Positions 24,381 to 32,000 of a DNA stretch of 32,000 nucleotides are shown piece by piece. Each line of letters begins with the position of its first letter. Position 1 is the first letter of the stretch. Below the pieces are notes generated by a model. It ran no database searches and was not told where the DNA came from. It saw only the letters and a list, made by a program, of their open reading frames with translations. Position numbers and translations under genes: made by a program. Source of the DNA: Methanopyrus kandleri AV19 (GTDB lineage: Archaea > JAADCQ01 > Methanopyri > Methanopyrales > Methanopyraceae); NCBI RefSeq assembly GCF_000007185.1, contig NC_003551.1, forward strand, positions 510,001 through 542,000. Reading direction: 5' to 3'.

Positions 24381-25016
24381 TTAGTCGACCAGATCACCCT
24401 CCTCCCAATCGTACCCGATCAGTTTGTCGAACTCGTTGATCTTGACCAGCTTCTGGACCTCTTCGAGAGCTTCCTCATACCGATGTGTCGTCGGTGGTAC
24501 TTCGTCGAGGCCGATGTTCTTCCTCACCTCGCGGATCTCATCGTTGATCGGTACGGCGTGCCCGGTCTTTATCACGAACATAGCCACCATCCTGTGAGCC
24601 TTGGCCATGTACCCCTTCTTGGCCGCGAGGTTCCGGGCGGCTTTAACGGCGTCTACGATCTTCACACCACGTGGGCAGCGTTCGTAGCACGTGTAGCATG
24701 TGGTGCACATCCACAGCTCGTCGCTCTTGATCACTTCGTCGACGAGTCCTAACTGGAGCTTCCGCATGATCAGTCGGGTGCGGTAGGAGGTTCGTCGTCC
24801 GCTGGGGCACGAGCCCGTGCATGTACCGCACTGGTAGCACGCCTGGACCGACAGTACCTCTTCCTCCTCGAACACGGGCTCGACGAGCTCGCTCAGTTCT
24901 TCTAGGAAGTCCGGGTTGAGATCCTCCTCACGGATGACGGTATCTCGTGGCTCGACCAACGCGCGGCCCTGAAGGGTTCCGCCCAGAAGAACCTTTTTAC
25001 GATACCCACCCGGCAC
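24381..25016 (-). CDS. hdrC: Heterodisulfide reductase subunit C
   Basis: It has two ferredoxin-type motifs, CYQCGTCTGSCP and CTTCYTCYERCP. It starts at GTG. Confidence 0.93.
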   Translation of the reverse strand: MPGGYRKKVLLGGTLQGRALVEPRDTVIREEDLNPDFLEELSELVEPVFEEEEVLSVQACYQCGTCTGSCPSGRRTSYRTRLIMRKLQLGLVDEVIKSDELWMCTTCYTCYERCPRGVKIVDAVKAARNLAAKKGYMAKAHRMVAMFVIKTGHAVPINDEIREVRKNIGLDEVPPTTHRYEEALEEVQKLVKINEFDKLIGYDWEEGDLVD

Positions 25017-25059
25017 CGCGTGTAGGTACGCTCAACGTCAACCTGCGGGGAACGGCTCC

Positions 25060-25818
25060 GTGAGGTTAGACGTCGACGTGGCGATCAGGGTGAACGGAGT
25101 ACTCCTAACCCCCGAGGAGCTCGAGTTGCTGCTCAAGTTGTCGGAACACGGATCGATGTCCAAAGTGGCGGAGGAGAAGGGTGTGACACGGTCCGCGGTA
25201 CACAAACGGATCAGGAATCTCGAGGAACGTCTCGGGTGCCGACTGGTTGAGTCGAGTCCTCTCGGATCCTATCTCACGGAGCACGGACGCAGGATAGTGA
25301 TCAAGTACGTGAACGCCAAGGCTAGACTCTCAAGAACGGAAACCACGGTAGCGTGTTCTGAGACCGTAATAGAAGACGTCCTAGCCGCTCTAGGTAGAGA
25401 ACACGATGTCGACGTTATCGTGCCGCCTCACGAGAAAATGAGACGTGTGGAGGCGGACGTGGTGGTCCCAGACGATCCCGTGATAGTCTTCGACCGCTCC
25501 GATGAGGCCGTCGGCGAACCGGTCGTCGTCAGGCGAACGCGGCTGGTACGGGTCGGTGACGGAAGTGGGTTCGTCGAGGTGCCCGGGAGCGCGCAGCGGA
25601 TATACCTCACAGATCTCCGCAACAGGGAGGAGATAAGGCCGAAAATGCGCGTAAGCTATTACGCCTCGGCCCTCGAGGCTGTTCGGGACGGAGGAATGTG
25701 GACCGTGGTACCCGAGGAGCTGGCCCCCGAGGGTGACGATCCCGGTCCTCACTACACCGTGATGGCGTTACCACTCACCCGAGACGGGGAGGACCTCCTC
25801 GATGTTCTGGAAGGCTAG
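25060..25818 (+). CDS. HTH transcriptional regulator with a ModE-N/LysR-type helix-turn-helix domain and an uncharacterised C-terminal domain
   Basis: The N-terminal segment LLLKLSEHGSMSKVAEEKGVTRSAVHKRIRNLEERLGCRLVES...LTEHG matches the ModE N-terminal HTH pattern (GSIsxAAxxxgxSYxxAWxxIxxxN...LV). It is divergent from hdrCB across a 43-nt spacer. Confidence 0.7.
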   Translation: MRLDVDVAIRVNGVLLTPEELELLLKLSEHGSMSKVAEEKGVTRSAVHKRIRNLEERLGCRLVESSPLGSYLTEHGRRIVIKYVNAKARLSRTETTVACSETVIEDVLAALGREHDVDVIVPPHEKMRRVEADVVVPDDPVIVFDRSDEAVGEPVVVRRTRLVRVGDGSGFVEVPGSAQRIYLTDLRNREEIRPKMRVSYYASALEAVRDGGMWTVVPEELAPEGDDPGPHYTVMALPLTRDGEDLLDVLEG

Positions 25819-26137
25819 CCTCGTAGGTCTCGTGACATTGTGCGCGGTTTTGGCGGCCGCAGGATGTCAGGAAATGAGAGCGCCGCCGATCGATCAGCCG
25901 CAAGGGCCGCCGAAGGTATCTGAAACCGGCGGTCAACCGGCACCCGCAGGACCATCCGGTCCCGGTTCAGGTGCTCCTGGAGCACCACAACCTTCCTCTT
26001 GGCAGACGTTCACGAGCCCGCTGTACTCCGTACAGTGGGCCACATCCGAGCTACCTTGGTTCCCCATAGGTCTCATAGTAGCGATAGCGATAGGATACTA
26101 TGTGGGGTACCGAAAAGGGCCGTCACCGTGGGAATAA
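25802..26137 (+). CDS. Small secreted or lipoprotein-like protein with a C-terminal TM anchor, function unknown
   Basis: It has a signal peptide with a lipobox-like LAAAGC, a Pro/Gly-rich linker, and a C-terminal hydrophobic segment (WFPIGLIVAIAIGYYVGY). It overlaps the upstream regulator gene by 17 nt. Confidence 0.5.
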   Translation: MFWKASLVGLVTLCAVLAAAGCQEMRAPPIDQPQGPPKVSETGGQPAPAGPSGPGSGAPGAPQPSSWQTFTSPLYSVQWATSELPWFPIGLIVAIAIGYYVGYRKGPSPWE

Positions 26138-26145
26138 CGCGGACA

Positions 26146-26853
26146 CTACGGGATCTCGGTCACTGAGTGACCCACCACGACGAACGCCTTCGTAGACATC
26201 GCCACTATCAGGCACTCATCCGGGACCTTCGCGTAAGCACGCGAACCGTTGCATCCGAGCGTGAAGTTAATGCCGCCTTCCTTCATGATCTTGCCCACTC
26301 CATCCCCGCACAGGGACTGGATGCCGGAGAAATCGGAGTACACCCTACCACCTTCCGGGTACAGGTACGCCTGGGCTATTTTCATAGCCTCCTTCGGTTT
26401 GCATACCACTAGGATGACGTCCGGTACCACTTCGACGCCGGTGGCCTTCTCGTAGGTGATCGCCTCGAACACGCCCTCCCCGTCGAAGGCCTTCGGTACC
26501 AGCTCGACCGTGCGTTTGGAAGCCGAGAGTGTAGCGTGCTGCCCGAGTCCCTCGTAGTAGAACTTACCCGTCCGCACGGGATCCGGGATGTCGTCGAGTC
26601 CTATGGCGGCAGACCCGCCCTTGCACGCCTGCTCCTCCGGGGTCGCGTAGATATTGTCCATCTCACCACGAGCCACCGTCATCACGAACTCGCAATGACG
26701 GCACTCCTCCCCCACCCGCTCGTAGTCGTCAGGAACGTCTCCCTCGCTGAGATACAGCTTCATTGCCACGGGATACAAGTCGAGGTCTAGGGTCTCCATG
26801 AGTGATTCGGCGGCCTCGCGGATCCTCTCGGGTTCCTCGACGCAGATGGGCAT
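26146..26853 (-). CDS. DUF169-family protein (COG2043-like)
   Basis: Blocks characteristic of DUF169 are present (YPVAMKLY, CKGGSAAIGL, ILVVCKPKEAMKIAQAY, SLCGD, TLGCNGSR). The start is set at ATG 26853, preceded by GGGGGCGG. The longest ORF reaches GTG at 26901. Confidence 0.7.
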   Translation of the reverse strand: MPICVEEPERIREAAESLMETLDLDLYPVAMKLYLSEGDVPDDYERVGEECRHCEFVMTVARGEMDNIYATPEEQACKGGSAAIGLDDIPDPVRTGKFYYEGLGQHATLSASKRTVELVPKAFDGEGVFEAITYEKATGVEVVPDVILVVCKPKEAMKIAQAYLYPEGGRVYSDFSGIQSLCGDGVGKIMKEGGINFTLGCNGSRAYAKVPDECLIVAMSTKAFVVVGHSVTEIP

Positions 26854-26907
26854 GAGTCCGCCCCCAGATCGTTTGTTCTCGGTCGTTCGACTATCGAGCA
26901 CTTACAC

Positions 26908-26935
26908 GTATTAAAAGTTACGAATCATAATTCAC
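26908..26935. promoter_or_regulatory. AT-rich divergent promoter region (GTATTAAAAGTTACGAATCATAATTCAC)
   Basis: This is the only AT-rich stretch between the divergent DUF169 gene and the wHTH regulator gene. It holds TATA-like ATTAAAAGTT on the plus strand and GAATTATGATT on the minus strand. Confidence 0.5.
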
Positions 26936-26955
26936 TGGTAAATGGGGGTGGACGA

Positions 26956-27345
26956 TTGAGACCCTTCTTGAGGCCCATCGTGGTGGAACTGGTCCAGGGG
27001 ACGGCCGAGCTCCGACCGGAACGCGTGCTCTCGTGTGTTTTCGGTATCAAGGAAGACGAGGCGGAGCTGTACTTAAAACTGCTCGAAAACTCGGAGGAAG
27101 CACCCTTCACCGTCGAGGATGTAGCCGAGATCATCAACAGGAGCAGGAGCACGGCTCAGAAGATGTTACAAAGCCTCGTCCGGGTAGGGATGGTAGAGCG
27201 GGAGCGCGAGACGTTACCCGGAGGCGGTAGACGTTATTTGTACCGCCCCGCACCATGGGAGAAAGTAAAAGAACTCGGGCTCGAGAACCTCAGGATAGTC
27301 TGTGAGGAGATCGAGAGGTGGTTTCGGGAGTTCACACCGCACTGA
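26956..27345 (+). CDS. Winged-helix transcriptional regulator (TrmB/MarR-like)
   Basis: The segment [46 protein letters not shown]...RRYLYRP has the wHTH pattern of helix-turn-helix followed by a beta-wing. It starts at TTG. Confidence 0.7.
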   Translation: MRPFLRPIVVELVQGTAELRPERVLSCVFGIKEDEAELYLKLLENSEEAPFTVEDVAEIINRSRSTAQKMLQSLVRVGMVERERETLPGGGRRYLYRPAPWEKVKELGLENLRIVCEEIERWFREFTPH

Positions 27346-27358
27346 GGGGGAAGACGAG

Positions 27359-27568
27359 ATGTCCGAGGAGAGGAGACCGTTCAAAGCCGAGAAAGTCGAG
27401 ACTAGGGACGGGGAGATACTCCTCAGATGCCCACGCTGCGATGCGTTGTTCCGCGACCAGAAGTCGTACTCTAGGCACGTGAACAAGTCCCATTTGTACA
27501 AGAAGAACCGCCCGAAGCGGATACTCAAGAAGATGAAGCGTCGCGGGGACGTGTTAGTTCAGGATTGA
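27359..27568 (+). CDS. Small C2H2 zinc-finger protein (69 aa) with a basic C-terminal tail
   Basis: [22 protein letters not shown] fits C-x2-C-x3-F-x5-(L/Y)-x2-H-x4-H exactly. ATG 27359 is preceded by GAGGGGGA. It lies 13 nt downstream of the wHTH gene. Confidence 0.7.
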   Translation: MSEERRPFKAEKVETRDGEILLRCPRCDALFRDQKSYSRHVNKSHLYKKNRPKRILKKMKRRGDVLVQD

Positions 27569-27646
27569 CGCCAACCTGTGGATGGGGAACAGGCTGAGCG
27601 CCGAGGCCTCGGGCCCGTGACGAGAGAACCCGGAGCCGACTACATG

Positions 27647-28099
27647 CTACACACGTAACTCACCACGCTTCCACAGCTCGATCACGCGCTTCACGATCTT
27701 TATGGTACTGTCCAACGGGCACCGTTCGTACTTCTCGATCCGACGAACCTCGCAATCAACACCGGCGCGTTCAGCCCAACGTTCGACTTCCTTCTCATCG
27801 ATGTCCTGATCGGGTCCCAGAACGACGACATCCGGTTTCACCGTCTTCAGGGTGATGGAGAAGTCCCGTGGATGGCCTAAGATCGCTCGATCAACGGGTT
27901 TCAGCGCCGAAACCATCCGTACACGCTGTTCCTCCGGCACGATCGGGGTCCTCTTCAGGCGTCGCACGGTTTCGTCTCGGGCGACCACAACCACGAGCTC
28001 GCCGTTCTTTCCGGCTATTTTCCTGGCTTCCTCGAGGAACGCGACGTGTCCGGGGTGAAGGATATCGAACACACCTCCCGCCAGCACGCGCTTACCCAC
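27647..28099 (-). CDS. ribL: Archaeal FAD synthase (FMN adenylyltransferase, cytidylyltransferase fold), RibL
   Basis: VLAGGVFDILHPGHVAFLEEA...VVVVARDETV...PIVPEEQRVRMVSALKPVDRAILG closely matches the RibL (MJ1179) pattern. It is 150 aa and starts at GTG. Confidence 0.9.
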   Translation of the reverse strand: MGKRVLAGGVFDILHPGHVAFLEEARKIAGKNGELVVVVARDETVRRLKRTPIVPEEQRVRMVSALKPVDRAILGHPRDFSITLKTVKPDVVVLGPDQDIDEKEVERWAERAGVDCEVRRIEKYERCPLDSTIKIVKRVIELWKRGELRV

Positions 28100-28177
28100 G
28101 TGAACGCTCCCCCGAGTGTGACCGAAGTTTGATTAACCCCGAACTACCGGGTGTCTTGACGGCGCGGGGTGTTAGTA

Positions 28178-28615
28178 TTGGCCCGGGTGTTCATTCACCC
28201 GCCTAACAGTCTGATTCTCCACGATCTGGTCGAGAGGTTCGGGCACGAGCCACTCTCACTGCCGAAAGAGATAAGCAAACGAGTGCGAGACCCAGAGATC
28301 GACTCACCCCCGATGAACGTAACCCCTCAGGACGCGAAGCGAGGTCTGAAGTACGCGGCCGTGGAGGTCCCTTCGGGTGTCAGGGGCAGGCTGGCCCTGA
28401 TCGGTCCACTCATAGAGAAGGCCGACGCCGCCATCGTAGTCACAGGCATCGAGGACTTCTCCTTCGGCTGCCTAGGCTGCGACAGAACGAACGAGTTCGT
28501 GACGTACCTAGTTCGACGCCAAGGCATACCGGTGCTGGAGCTGGAGTACCCGAAATCGGAGGAAGAAGCGAAAGCGTTCGTCCGTGAAATCCGAGACTTC
28601 TTGGAGTCGTTGTAG
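28178..28615 (+). CDS. Methanogenesis marker protein 5 (Mmp5)
   Basis: The N-terminus (A)RVFIHPPNSLILHDLVERFGHEPL matches the marker-5 family start (IFIYPPNSLIL.DLVER.GH.PL). It is about 146 aa. The start is ambiguous (GTG 28169, TTG 28178 or GTG 28187). Confidence 0.8.
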   Translation: MARVFIHPPNSLILHDLVERFGHEPLSLPKEISKRVRDPEIDSPPMNVTPQDAKRGLKYAAVEVPSGVRGRLALIGPLIEKADAAIVVTGIEDFSFGCLGCDRTNEFVTYLVRRQGIPVLELEYPKSEEEAKAFVREIRDFLESL

Positions 28616-28627
28616 GGGTGGTCCCGT

Positions 28628-29851
28628 TTGGCCGTCCAGATCGCTCAGCTCTCGTGTGGCACGGAGTATAGCGGTGTCCAACCCGAGATAGAGCGTGCGG
28701 CCGAACGAGTCGGGGCCGAGATCGTACTCCCCGAGGTAGACATCGATATTGTAGAGGAAGCCTGCGAGGAGGTCGGGTACACTCCGAAGAGTGCGAACCT
28801 GAAAGTCCTTCTCGCCCGCGCTTACGCGCTGGCCAACGGATACGCGGAGGCCGACGCCGCGATCATCCTGACGTGCTTCAGGTGCGCCGAGGGAGCTCTC
28901 GTGCGTAGCGAGGCCCGACGGTACCTTCAGGAGAACACGGATCTCCCAGTCGTCACCTACTCGTTCACTGAGGACCTCGACGCCAGCGAGTTACTCACGC
29001 GGATGGAGGCACTAGTCACGATAGTGGAGCGGAAGGGGCTACTGGCCCGGAAGAGGCAGGAGGGACTCACCCTCGGTATCGACTCCGGTTCCACCACCAC
29101 GAAGGCCGTGGTGATGGAGGACGACGAGGTGATCGGAACCGGATGGGTACGGACCACGAAGGTGGTCGAATCCGCGGAAAAGGCCGTAGAAAGAGCGTTA
29201 GAAGAGGCCGGGTACGAGCTCGACGACATCGAGGCGATAGGCGTGACCGGGTACGGTAGGTACACCCTCGGCCGCCACTTCGACGCTGACCTGGTGCAAG
29301 AGGAGCTCACGGTTAACTCCAAGGGAACGGTGTACCTGGGTGACAAGCAGGAGGGCGGCGCGACCGTGATCGACGTCGGCGGGATGGACAACAAGGCGAT
29401 CACCGTTTGGGACGGGATTCCGGATAACTTCACGATGGGCGGCGTGTGCGCGGGAGCGTCGGGTCGCTTCCTCGAGGTGGCCGCGGACCGTATCGGCGTG
29501 GACCTGGACAAGTTCGGTAAGCTCGCGCTAGAGGGAGATCCCGAAGCCGTGCGTCTGGACAGTTACTGCATCGTGTTCGGGATCCAGGACCTGGTGACCG
29601 CGTTGGCTGAGGGTGCGGATCCCGAGGACGCCGCCGCTGCCGCATGTCGGAGCGTCGCCGAACAGATCTACGAGCAGCAGCTCCAAGAGATCGACATCCG
29701 AGAGCCGGTGTTCTTCGTGGGAGGAACCTCGCTGGTCGACGGCATGGTGAAGGCCTTAGAGGACGTGATCGGCGTCGAAGTAGTCGTGCCCGAATATCCC
29801 CAGTACATCGGGGCCGTCGGTGCCGCCCTCCTGGCCTCCAACTACGTGTGA
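28628..29851 (+). CDS. Methanogenesis marker protein 15 (Mmp15; BadF/BcrA/HgdC-type ATPase domain)
   Basis: The N-terminus [14 protein letters not shown] is followed by an acetate/sugar-kinase-type ATPase domain ([34 protein letters not shown]). It is 407 aa and starts at TTG, 12 nt after mmp5. Confidence 0.85.
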   Translation: MAVQIAQLSCGTEYSGVQPEIERAAERVGAEIVLPEVDIDIVEEACEEVGYTPKSANLKVLLARAYALANGYAEADAAIILTCFRCAEGALVRSEARRYLQENTDLPVVTYSFTEDLDASELLTRMEALVTIVERKGLLARKRQEGLTLGIDSGSTTTKAVVMEDDEVIGTGWVRTTKVVESAEKAVERALEEAGYELDDIEAIGVTGYGRYTLGRHFDADLVQEELTVNSKGTVYLGDKQEGGATVIDVGGMDNKAITVWDGIPDNFTMGGVCAGASGRFLEVAADRIGVDLDKFGKLALEGDPEAVRLDSYCIVFGIQDLVTALAEGADPEDAAAAACRSVAEQIYEQQLQEIDIREPVFFVGGTSLVDGMVKALEDVIGVEVVVPEYPQYIGAVGAALLASNYV

Positions 29852-29863
29852 GGGGATCCGACG

Positions 29864-30490
29864 GTGTACGAGCACAGGGGAAAGAGGATCCTCGTAAGAG
29901 CGTCCGAAAAGGAGGCGGCCGAGCTGTACTACGACATCACTAGGCACGCGGCCACGGACCTGGGACTGGCGAGAACGATCACCGCGGCCGTGTTCCACCT
30001 AGACATCGAGGCCCCGCTCTACGCCGCCGCGGTGCGAACGCGTCCCATGCTCAGGCCGGTGACGCTGGGGAAGGTCTCGCACCTCGAGCTCGACGATGAG
30101 GAGGGTACTCTCAAGGTATCGGTCGCCGTGGAGCGCTACTTCCCCGATGTGATCCGAACGTTACAGAGTGTATTCGGAGAGGATCGCGTCCGGCACGAAG
30201 AGCGCCTCGAGATTACGATCGAGCCACCCGAGGGGATGAGTCCCGAACATCTCGAGAAACTCGAAGAGCTCGTCGTCCACGATCCTCGGAAGAAGCTCGC
30301 CCACAGGGTGTACGATTTCATCGAGCGGGTACGGCCAGAGGGGTTCCGAGTGGCCCGATACGCGCGCTTCGATCAGGACTTCCTATACCTGGCCAGCGAA
30401 GGCACGCTCGAGGACGAGTGGACCGACTTACTCTTCGAGCTGCCGGGAGAGCTAGATCGTGTCGGAGAGCGCCGGGGGCCGAGTGAGTGA
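29864..30490 (+). CDS. Methanogenesis marker protein 17-like (Mmp17)
   Basis: It is a 208-aa soluble protein in the position between mmp15 and mmp7 that Mmp17 usually occupies. The assignment rests on size, context and my general recollection of the family, not on a diagnostic motif. Confidence 0.6.
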   Translation: MYEHRGKRILVRASEKEAAELYYDITRHAATDLGLARTITAAVFHLDIEAPLYAAAVRTRPMLRPVTLGKVSHLELDDEEGTLKVSVAVERYFPDVIRTLQSVFGEDRVRHEERLEITIEPPEGMSPEHLEKLEELVVHDPRKKLAHRVYDFIERVRPEGFRVARYARFDQDFLYLASEGTLEDEWTDLLFELPGELDRVGERRGPSE

Positions 30491-31335
30491 GAGGACCGTG
30501 TCCGAACGATCACCCGTGTTACGTCGGGGAGCACGGGAAATTCGTGAAGGTGCACCTACCCGTGGGCGGACGGTGTAACATCCACTGCCGTTTCTGCGAA
30601 TCCGGACTCGAGCACGAGGGAGTACGGGTGGATTATCCCGGACGTGCCGTCCGCACGATCACCGGAGACGAGGCTAGGACGGCCCTCAAAAGGGTAAAAG
30701 AGCACTGCGGACGCGTCGACGTCGTCGGAATCGCCGGACCCGGCGACCCACTGGCGAACTGGGAGGACGTGAAGGAGACCTTCGACGTCGTCGCCGAAAC
30801 GGTACCGGAGGCGAAACGCTGCCTGTCCACCAACGGCGTGTGGTTACCCGATTTGATCGACGAGGTGACGGAGCTCGTGCACTCGGTGACGATCACCGTC
30901 AACGCGCTGGACCCCGAGATCGCGGCCGATATCTACGATCGAGCACTGACACCCGAAGGCGAGGTGTTGACCGGGAAGGAGGCCGCCCGATGGATCGTCG
31001 AGAGGCAGGAAGGGGCCATGGACGCGCTGAAGAAGGAGCGCTACATACTCAAGAAGGTCAACTTCGTGCTCGTCCCCGGTGTGAACGAAGACGAGGTCGA
31101 ACGCGTCGCGGAGCGCGCCGCCGACGCAGGGTTTCACGCCATGAACGTGATCCCCCTCATCCCGGGCGGCGACATGAAGGACCACCGACCGCCGACGTGC
31201 CGGGAGCTCTCGAGGGCGCGGGACCGGGCTGAGAAGTACATCACCGTGATGCGCCGATGCATGCAGTGTCGCGCCGACGTGATCCACTGCCGCGGCAGAC
31301 CCCGGCTGATCTGGGAGCTGCTAGAAGAGGACTGA
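30487..31335 (+). CDS. nifB: NifB-family radical SAM protein (stand-alone SAM domain, 282 aa)
   Basis: NifB-specific motifs are present. HPCY is at nt 30511-30522. The radical-SAM motif CNIHCRFC is at 30574-30597, preceded by VHLPVGGR. Also present are VGIAGPGDPLAN, CLSTNG, VTITVNALDPEI and KVNFVLVPGVNE. The C-terminal CMQCRAD is at 31258-31278. The GTG start overlaps the mmp17 stop (GTGA). Confidence 0.85.
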   Translation: MRGPCPNDHPCYVGEHGKFVKVHLPVGGRCNIHCRFCESGLEHEGVRVDYPGRAVRTITGDEARTALKRVKEHCGRVDVVGIAGPGDPLANWEDVKETFDVVAETVPEAKRCLSTNGVWLPDLIDEVTELVHSVTITVNALDPEIAADIYDRALTPEGEVLTGKEAARWIVERQEGAMDALKKERYILKKVNFVLVPGVNEDEVERVAERAADAGFHAMNVIPLIPGGDMKDHRPPTCRELSRARDRAEKYITVMRRCMQCRADVIHCRGRPRLIWELLEED

Positions 31336-31354
31336 CCCCCTGGGGGTCGCGAGC

Positions 31355-32000
31355 GTGTTCGAAACCGTGATCTACGAAGGGGGCGTGTACAAGGCCGACG
31401 AGATGCGCGACCTGGTCGAGGACCTCGGCGGGTTCGTCCTGTCCGAGCACCAGATGCAGCTGGAGGTCCACATGGTTCTAGCCGTACCCGTCGACGACCT
31501 GGACGTCATAGAGCGGAAAGCGGAGGAGCTCCTCGGAGAGATAAGGAGGATGCCGCTGGCCGGTACCGAGATCGCGGTCGTGGGGATGAGCCTGGCCCGT
31601 CATCACATGCCACATCCCGTGTGTGACATCGCCGAGTACCTCAGGCGTCACGGCGCCAAGTCCAACGTGATCGGCTTGGCCAGAGGTTACGGACGCGAGC
31701 TGGCCCAGCTGCGCACCCGGGAGAAACGTCTCCTTGAAGAACACGACCTGGTGATCTTCGTCGTAGGGAACTTCAAAGATTGCATCGAGAAGTACAAGCT
31801 GCCGCTGGTCCGACGGATAGAACGCGTGCCGGTCGTCGTGGTGGGAGGTCCGGAGGAGATCGACGCCGACGACGTGGTGTACGTGGGAGGAATAGGTAGA
31901 AAGCCGTACCGGTTCAGGAAGGGTCGCGAGATCACGAAGCTCGACGAGATCGTCGACGTCGTCTCGAAGATCATCGAGGAGCGACGACAGGAGCTGGCTG
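31355..32000 (+). CDS. Methanogenesis marker protein 7 (Mmp7), 3'-truncated by the window edge
   Basis: An open frame runs from GTG 31355 (GGGGG is 8 nt upstream) to the window end. It is absent from the ORF track because it has no stop. The translation VFETVIYEGGVYKADEMRDLVEDLGGFVLSEHQ...VVGMSLARHHMPHPVCDI...VVVVGGPE resembles the marker-7 family N-terminal half. Confidence 0.7.
   Translation, partial: MFETVIYEGGVYKADEMRDLVEDLGGFVLSEHQMQLEVHMVLAVPVDDLDVIERKAEELLGEIRRMPLAGTEIAVVGMSLARHHMPHPVCDIAEYLRRHGAKSNVIGLARGYGRELAQLRTREKRLLEEHDLVIFVVGNFKDCIEKYKLPLVRRIERVPVVVVGGPEEIDADDVVYVGGIGRKPYRFRKGREITKLDEIVDVVSKIIEERRQELA

Noticed and set aside
27569-27646. A possible C/D sRNA (UGGAUGG...CUGA...GUGACGA / 12 nt / CCGA) in the convergent spacer between the zinc-finger gene and ribL.
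   Set aside because: The box C is poor, the first spacer is only 8 nt, and the sequence is better explained by two hairpins (CCTGT/ACAGG and the GAGGCCTC palindrome) acting as 3'-end structures for the convergent genes.

Overview
This is a GC-rich, densely packed archaeal chromosome segment. The gene content and the 16S sequence point to a hyperthermophilic methanogen, most likely Methanopyrus kandleri or a very close relative. TTG and GTG starts are frequent, and G-rich ribosome-binding sites (GGGGG, GGAGG) sit 6-10 nt upstream of starts. I can support about 40 protein genes: TatD, archaemetzincin, RimI, a GltB-domain-2 protein, GuaA subunit A, an NhaP antiporter, MoaB/MoaC, beta-RFAP synthase, Nop5 and fibrillarin, PiT plus a PhoU-like protein, PyrD/PyrK, a GT2 glycosyltransferase, FEN-1, HdrCB, RibL and regulators. 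I can also support three stable-RNA genes: a 5S rRNA with its own TATA box, tRNA-Arg(GCG), and a complete 16S rRNA on the minus strand with a long flanking processing stem. No 23S gene follows the 16S. The most interesting locus is at the right end, 28.1-32.0 kb. There a tightly coupled operon of methanogenesis marker genes (Mmp5, Mmp15, Mmp17-like, Mmp7) has a complete NifB-type radical-SAM gene embedded in it. Other observations worth following up: (1) non-coding spacers strongly enriched in box C-like GAUGA/K-turn motifs, including an array directly downstream of nop5-flpA; (2) a ~430-nt structured non-coding region and a free-standing LAGLIDADG endonuclease gene upstream of the 16S gene; (3) a KaiC-like protein with a destroyed Walker A motif paired with a Cys-motif protein; (4) an enolase-superfamily epimerase next to a DUF1611 gene; (5) a small protein with a textbook C2H2 zinc finger. 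I found no CRISPR array, transposon or prophage. All family assignments come from reading the translated ORFs for motifs. No database search was possible.
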